This document shows, one piece after another, positions 60,989-64,000 of a stretch of DNA of 64,000 nt. Position numbers and translations under genes: made by a program. Below the pieces are notes generated by a model. The model saw only the letters and a program-made list of their open reading frames with translations, made no database searches and was not told the DNA's origin. Within the stretch, counting starts at the first letter, position 1, and each line of letters starts with the position of its first letter. The stretch is from Azovibrio sp. (GTDB taxonomy: Bacteria > Pseudomonadota > Gammaproteobacteria > Burkholderiales > Rhodocyclaceae): NCBI GenBank assembly GCA_026414665.1, contig JAOAIO010000004.1, positions 1,700 through 65,699 on the forward strand, in the 5' to 3' direction.

Positions 60989-63490
60989 ATGCCAGAAATG
61001 AATGCGGAATTGACGGCCGCCGCCGCGCCTGGCGCGGCGGCGGAGGCGAGCGCAGCGTCAGCCCAGTGCTATCACTGCGGCTTGCCGATGCCGGCAGAGG
61101 CGAATTTTCCCGTCTACATCCGCGGGGTGCGACGCGAGATGTGTTGCGCCGGATGTCAGGCCGTGGCGCAAGCCATCGTCGACAATGGCCTCGAGGATTA
61201 CTACACGAGCCGCGATGCCATGCCCGAGTCGCCGCGCGAAGCGGTGCCCGCCGTTTTGGAGCAGTTACGGCTCTTCGATCATGCCGAATTCCAAAAGAGT
61301 TTCGTCCGCGCGCTCGGCGAGCACGAGCGCGAAGCGGCGTTGATGCTCGAAGGCATCACGTGTGCCGCCTGTGTCTGGCTGAATGAGCGCCATGTCGGCC
61401 AGTTGCCGGGAGTGACCGGCGTGGATGTCAATTACGCCACGCGGCGCGCCAAGGTGCGCTGGGATGATTCGCGCATCAAGCTCTCCGACATTCTCGCCGC
61501 CATCGCGGCGATAGGCTACCGCGCCTATCCCTATGATGCCGCCCGACACGAGGAATTGGCCCGCAAGGAACGGCGCGAGGCCATGTGGCGGGTCTGGGTG
61601 GCCGGCTTCGGCATGATGCAGGTGATGATGTACGCGATCCCCGTGTACCTTGCGGGCGAGGGCGAGATGCCGATCGACATCGAGACCCTGATCCGCTGGG
61701 CTAGCCTATTCCTCACCCTGCCCGTGGTGCTGTATTCCTCAGCGCCGTTTTTCAAAGGCGCCTGGCGTGATTTGAAGCTGCGCCGGGTGGGCATGGATGT
61801 GCCCGTGGCGTTGGGCATCGGCGTGGCCTTCATGGCGAGCGTCTGGGCGACACTGACCCGCTCGGGCGAGGTGTATTTCGACTCGGTGACGATGTTCGTG
61901 TTCTTCTTGCTGGGCGGGCGCTACCTGGAAATGACGGCACGCCAGAAGGCCGTGAGCGTCTCCGAGGCCTTGGCCAAGCTCTTGCCGGCCTTTTGCCAGC
62001 GTCTGCCCGGCTTTCCGGAGAACCGAGAGCCGGAGCAGGTGGTGGTTTCCGAGCTCAAGCCTGGCGACGTGGTGCTGGTACGACCGGGCGACACCATTCC
62101 CGCCGATGGGCGAGTGCTCGAAGGCCGCAGTAACGCCAATGAGGCGCTGCTCACGGGCGAGAGCCGGCCGGTGGCCAAGCAAGTGGGCGATAGCGTCACC
62201 GGCGGCTCCATCAACATGGAAAGCCCGCTCTATGTCGCGGTCGAGAAGGTGGGCGAGGCGACCCGCTTGTCGGCCATCATCCGCCTCATGGAACGGGCCG
62301 CTGCCGAGAAGCCGCGCATCGTCGAACTGGCCGATCGCATCGCGCAGTGGTTCGTGGCCTGCTTGTTGTTCTTTTCCGCGCTCGTTGCGCTTGGCTGGTA
62401 TCTGATCGACCCCTCCCGGGCGCTGTGGATCACCGTCTCGGTCCTGGTGGTCACCTGCCCATGCGCGCTTGCCCTGGCGACGCCGATTTCTTTGACCGTG
62501 GCGGCCGGCGCGCTCGCCAAGGATGGGCTGTTGGTCACGCGTGGGCACGCGGTCGAGACGCTGGCGCGGGCAACGCATTTCGTGTTCGATAAGACCGGCA
62601 CCTTGACTCGCGGCGAGATGTCGCTCCTCGACGTAGCGGTGCGGCGTGGTAGCCGGGATGAGGCGCTGGCTCTGGCCGCGGCGCTCGAAGCGGCGTCCGA
62701 ACATCCGCTCGCGCTCGCGCTGCGCCAGGCCGCCGTTGGCCAGGAGCCGCTGCGTGCCGAAGCGCCAGAAGCCGCGCCCGGGCTGGGCCTGGAGGGCAGC
62801 GTTGCCGGACGGCGGTTGCGCATCGGCCGTCCCGACTATGTCGCTGCCTTGGCTGCGGAGGCTGCGCCGGCCTGGCCGGAGGGTTGGCAGGTATGCGGCG
62901 ATACCGTCATCGCCCTAGGCGATAGCGACGGGATTTTGGCTTTCTTCCGGCTGGGTGATGAAGTGCGGCCGGAGGCCCGTGAGCTCGTGGCCGACCTGCT
63001 GGCCGCCGGACGTCAAGTCGTGCTGATGTCGGGCGACGCCGAAGCCGTGGCTCTGCGTGTTGGGCAATCGCTCGGAATTACTGACGTGCGTGCGGCGATG
63101 TCGCCCCAGGCCAAGCGCGATGCGGTCCAGGCCTTGCAGGCTGGCGGCGCGGTGGTGGCCATGATCGGCGATGGCGTCAACGATGCGCCGGTGCTCGCCC
63201 AGGCCCAGGTCTCCGTGGCCATGGGGGCAGGGGCTGAACTAGCGCGAGCCCAGGCCGATCTGCTCTTGCTTTCGGAGAATCTCCAGCATTTGCGCCGCGG
63301 TGTGCGCCGCTGCCGGTTCACCATGCGGGTGATTCGGCAGAACCTGATGTGGTCCTTCGCCTACAATTTCCTGGCCTTGCCTCTGGCCGCGCTTGGGCAT
63401 GTGACGCCCTGGGCGGCTGGGATCGGCATGTCCGCCAGTTCCTTGCTGGTGGTCATGAATGCCTTGCGAATCCAGCGGAAGGAAGTCTGA
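60989..63490 (+). CDS. ccoI: P1B-type copper ATPase for cbb3 oxidase assembly (CcoI/FixI)
   Basis: CYHCG..CCAGC, HMA CAAC, LTGES, CPC, DKTGT, HP, GDGVND; coupled to ccoS. Confidence 0.9.
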   Translation: MPEMNAELTAAAAPGAAAEASAASAQCYHCGLPMPAEANFPVYIRGVRREMCCAGCQAVAQAIVDNGLEDYYTSRDAMPESPREAVPAVLEQLRLFDHAEFQKSFVRALGEHEREAALMLEGITCAACVWLNERHVGQLPGVTGVDVNYATRRAKVRWDDSRIKLSDILAAIAAIGYRAYPYDAARHEELARKERREAMWRVWVAGFGMMQVMMYAIPVYLAGEGEMPIDIETLIRWASLFLTLPVVLYSSAPFFKGAWRDLKLRRVGMDVPVALGIGVAFMASVWATLTRSGEVYFDSVTMFVFFLLGGRYLEMTARQKAVSVSEALAKLLPAFCQRLPGFPENREPEQVVVSELKPGDVVLVRPGDTIPADGRVLEGRSNANEALLTGESRPVAKQVGDSVTGGSINMESPLYVAVEKVGEATRLSAIIRLMERAAAEKPRIVELADRIAQWFVACLLFFSALVALGWYLIDPSRALWITVSVLVVTCPCALALATPISLTVAAGALAKDGLLVTRGHAVETLARATHFVFDKTGTLTRGEMSLLDVAVRRGSRDEALALAAALEAASEHPLALALRQAAVGQEPLRAEAPEAAPGLGLEGSVAGRRLRIGRPDYVAALAAEAAPAWPEGWQVCGDTVIALGDSDGILAFFRLGDEVRPEARELVADLLAAGRQVVLMSGDAEAVALRVGQSLGITDVRAAMSPQAKRDAVQALQAGGAVVAMIGDGVNDAPVLAQAQVSVAMGAGAELARAQADLLLLSENLQHLRRGVRRCRFTMRVIRQNLMWSFAYNFLALPLAALGHVTPWAAGIGMSASSLLVVMNALRIQRKEV

Positions 63491-63684
63491 TGGAAAGTTT
63501 GTATTTGTTGATCCCGCTGTCGGTGGTGCTGGTCTTCGTCATCGCCGTGGTGTTCTGGAAATCGGTGCGGAGCGGCCAGTTCGATGACCTGGAAGGACCG
63601 GGTTTCAAAGTGCTCATGGACGACGATACGCCCAGGTCCCTGCCGCCGGATGCAGCCACCGACGAAAAAAAGCCTGGGCTTTGA
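63490..63684 (+). CDS. ccoS: cbb3-type oxidase maturation protein CcoS/FixS
   Basis: MESLYLLIPLS...FW.SV.SGQFDDLEGP...LMDDD; TGATG overlap with ccoI. Confidence 0.93.
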   Translation: MESLYLLIPLSVVLVFVIAVVFWKSVRSGQFDDLEGPGFKVLMDDDTPRSLPPDAATDEKKPGL

Positions 63685-63721
63685 TTTGGGTCAAATCATC
63701 GCCGGGGCGCCGGCGCATAAT
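63681..63721 (+). promoter_or_regulatory. FNR-type class II promoter 1 (drives the candidate sRNA)
   Basis: TTGAT-TTGG-GTCAA at 63681-63694; -10 CATAAT at 63716-63721. Confidence 0.75.
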
Positions 63722-63727
63722 CGCGCC

Positions 63728-63815
63728 ACTCCGCCGCGAGGCGGACGCTAGCTTCGAGAGAGGCTCGATTGTTTCTCTGTTGGGGTTGGGGTGCGTTACG
63801 GCGCACCCTTTTTTT
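63728..63815 (+). ncRNA. candidate FNR-activated small regulatory RNA (~88 nt)
   Basis: Own FNR promoter; two GNRA-capped hairpins; U-rich single strand; UACG-capped terminator with U7; 5' end inferred from promoter spacing. Confidence 0.65.
63789..63815 (+). terminator. intrinsic terminator
   Basis: GGGTGCGT-TACG-GCGCACCC-TTTTTTT. Confidence 0.85.
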
Positions 63816-63884
63816 GCGCCTGAATCTTTGCAGGGCTGGCGCGGACGCGCCCTTCATGTCTGATCGGGGTTTTGGCTGGCTCTG

Positions 63885-63921
63885 TTGATCTATGTCAAAT
63901 GTCCATCCCCCCGGCTAAAAT
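63885..63921 (+). promoter_or_regulatory. FNR-type class II promoter 2, upstream of the ATG at 63998 (probably ccoN)
   Basis: TTGAT-CTAT-GTCAA at 63885-63898; -10-like TAAAAT at 63916-63921; GAGAGG RBS before ATG 63998-64000; ccoN identity inferred only from ccoI-ccoS synteny. Confidence 0.75.
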
Positions 63922-64000
63922 AGCATCCCGTTCCATGCGCCGCTTTGGGTTTTGGGGGGCGGCGTACAGTTTCTTTTCATTAACGAGAGGTGGGTCCATG

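Noticed and set aside
63681-63863. 60-aa ORF after ccoS
   Set aside because: TTG start inside the FNR box, no RBS, and it runs through a strong terminator. An RNA element explains the region better.

Overview
GC-rich core chromosome of a Betaproteobacterium, most likely Rhodocyclales-like and a diazotroph (inferred from gene content and order). In order, it holds: the 3' end of a probable dynamin-like gene, an atypical OmpR-family regulator and rep; a cobalamin-riboswitch-controlled anaerobic-type corrin operon (cbiMNQO-F-X-C-D-ET-L-G/G'-H-cobA); gluQ; a co-directional run nadA-BLUF-EEP-clsB-siaABCD; glnA with NtrC/sigma54 sites; a detached nifV-cysE-nifWZM unit with its own NifA/IHF/sigma54 promoter; housekeeping genes (rhlE, alaS, algC, waaF, ilvE, mnmA, purB, sodB, xseA, exbBD-lpxK-kdsB, adk, pfk, murJ); tRNA-Thr(CGT); ccoI-ccoS and the probable ccoN start codon at the window edge. 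I found no mobile element, prophage or CRISPR array. The two most striking signals are non-coding. (1) A candidate ~88-nt FNR-activated small RNA downstream of ccoS, whose single-stranded region is complementary to the ribosome-binding region of sodB in this same window, suggesting an FnrS-like circuit. (2) A DnaA-box triplet with DARS-like geometry plus an IHF site between xseA and exbB. All calls come from reading motifs by eye; no database searches were run, and some start codons were moved from the ORF track to the most plausible RBS-supported ATG/GTG.
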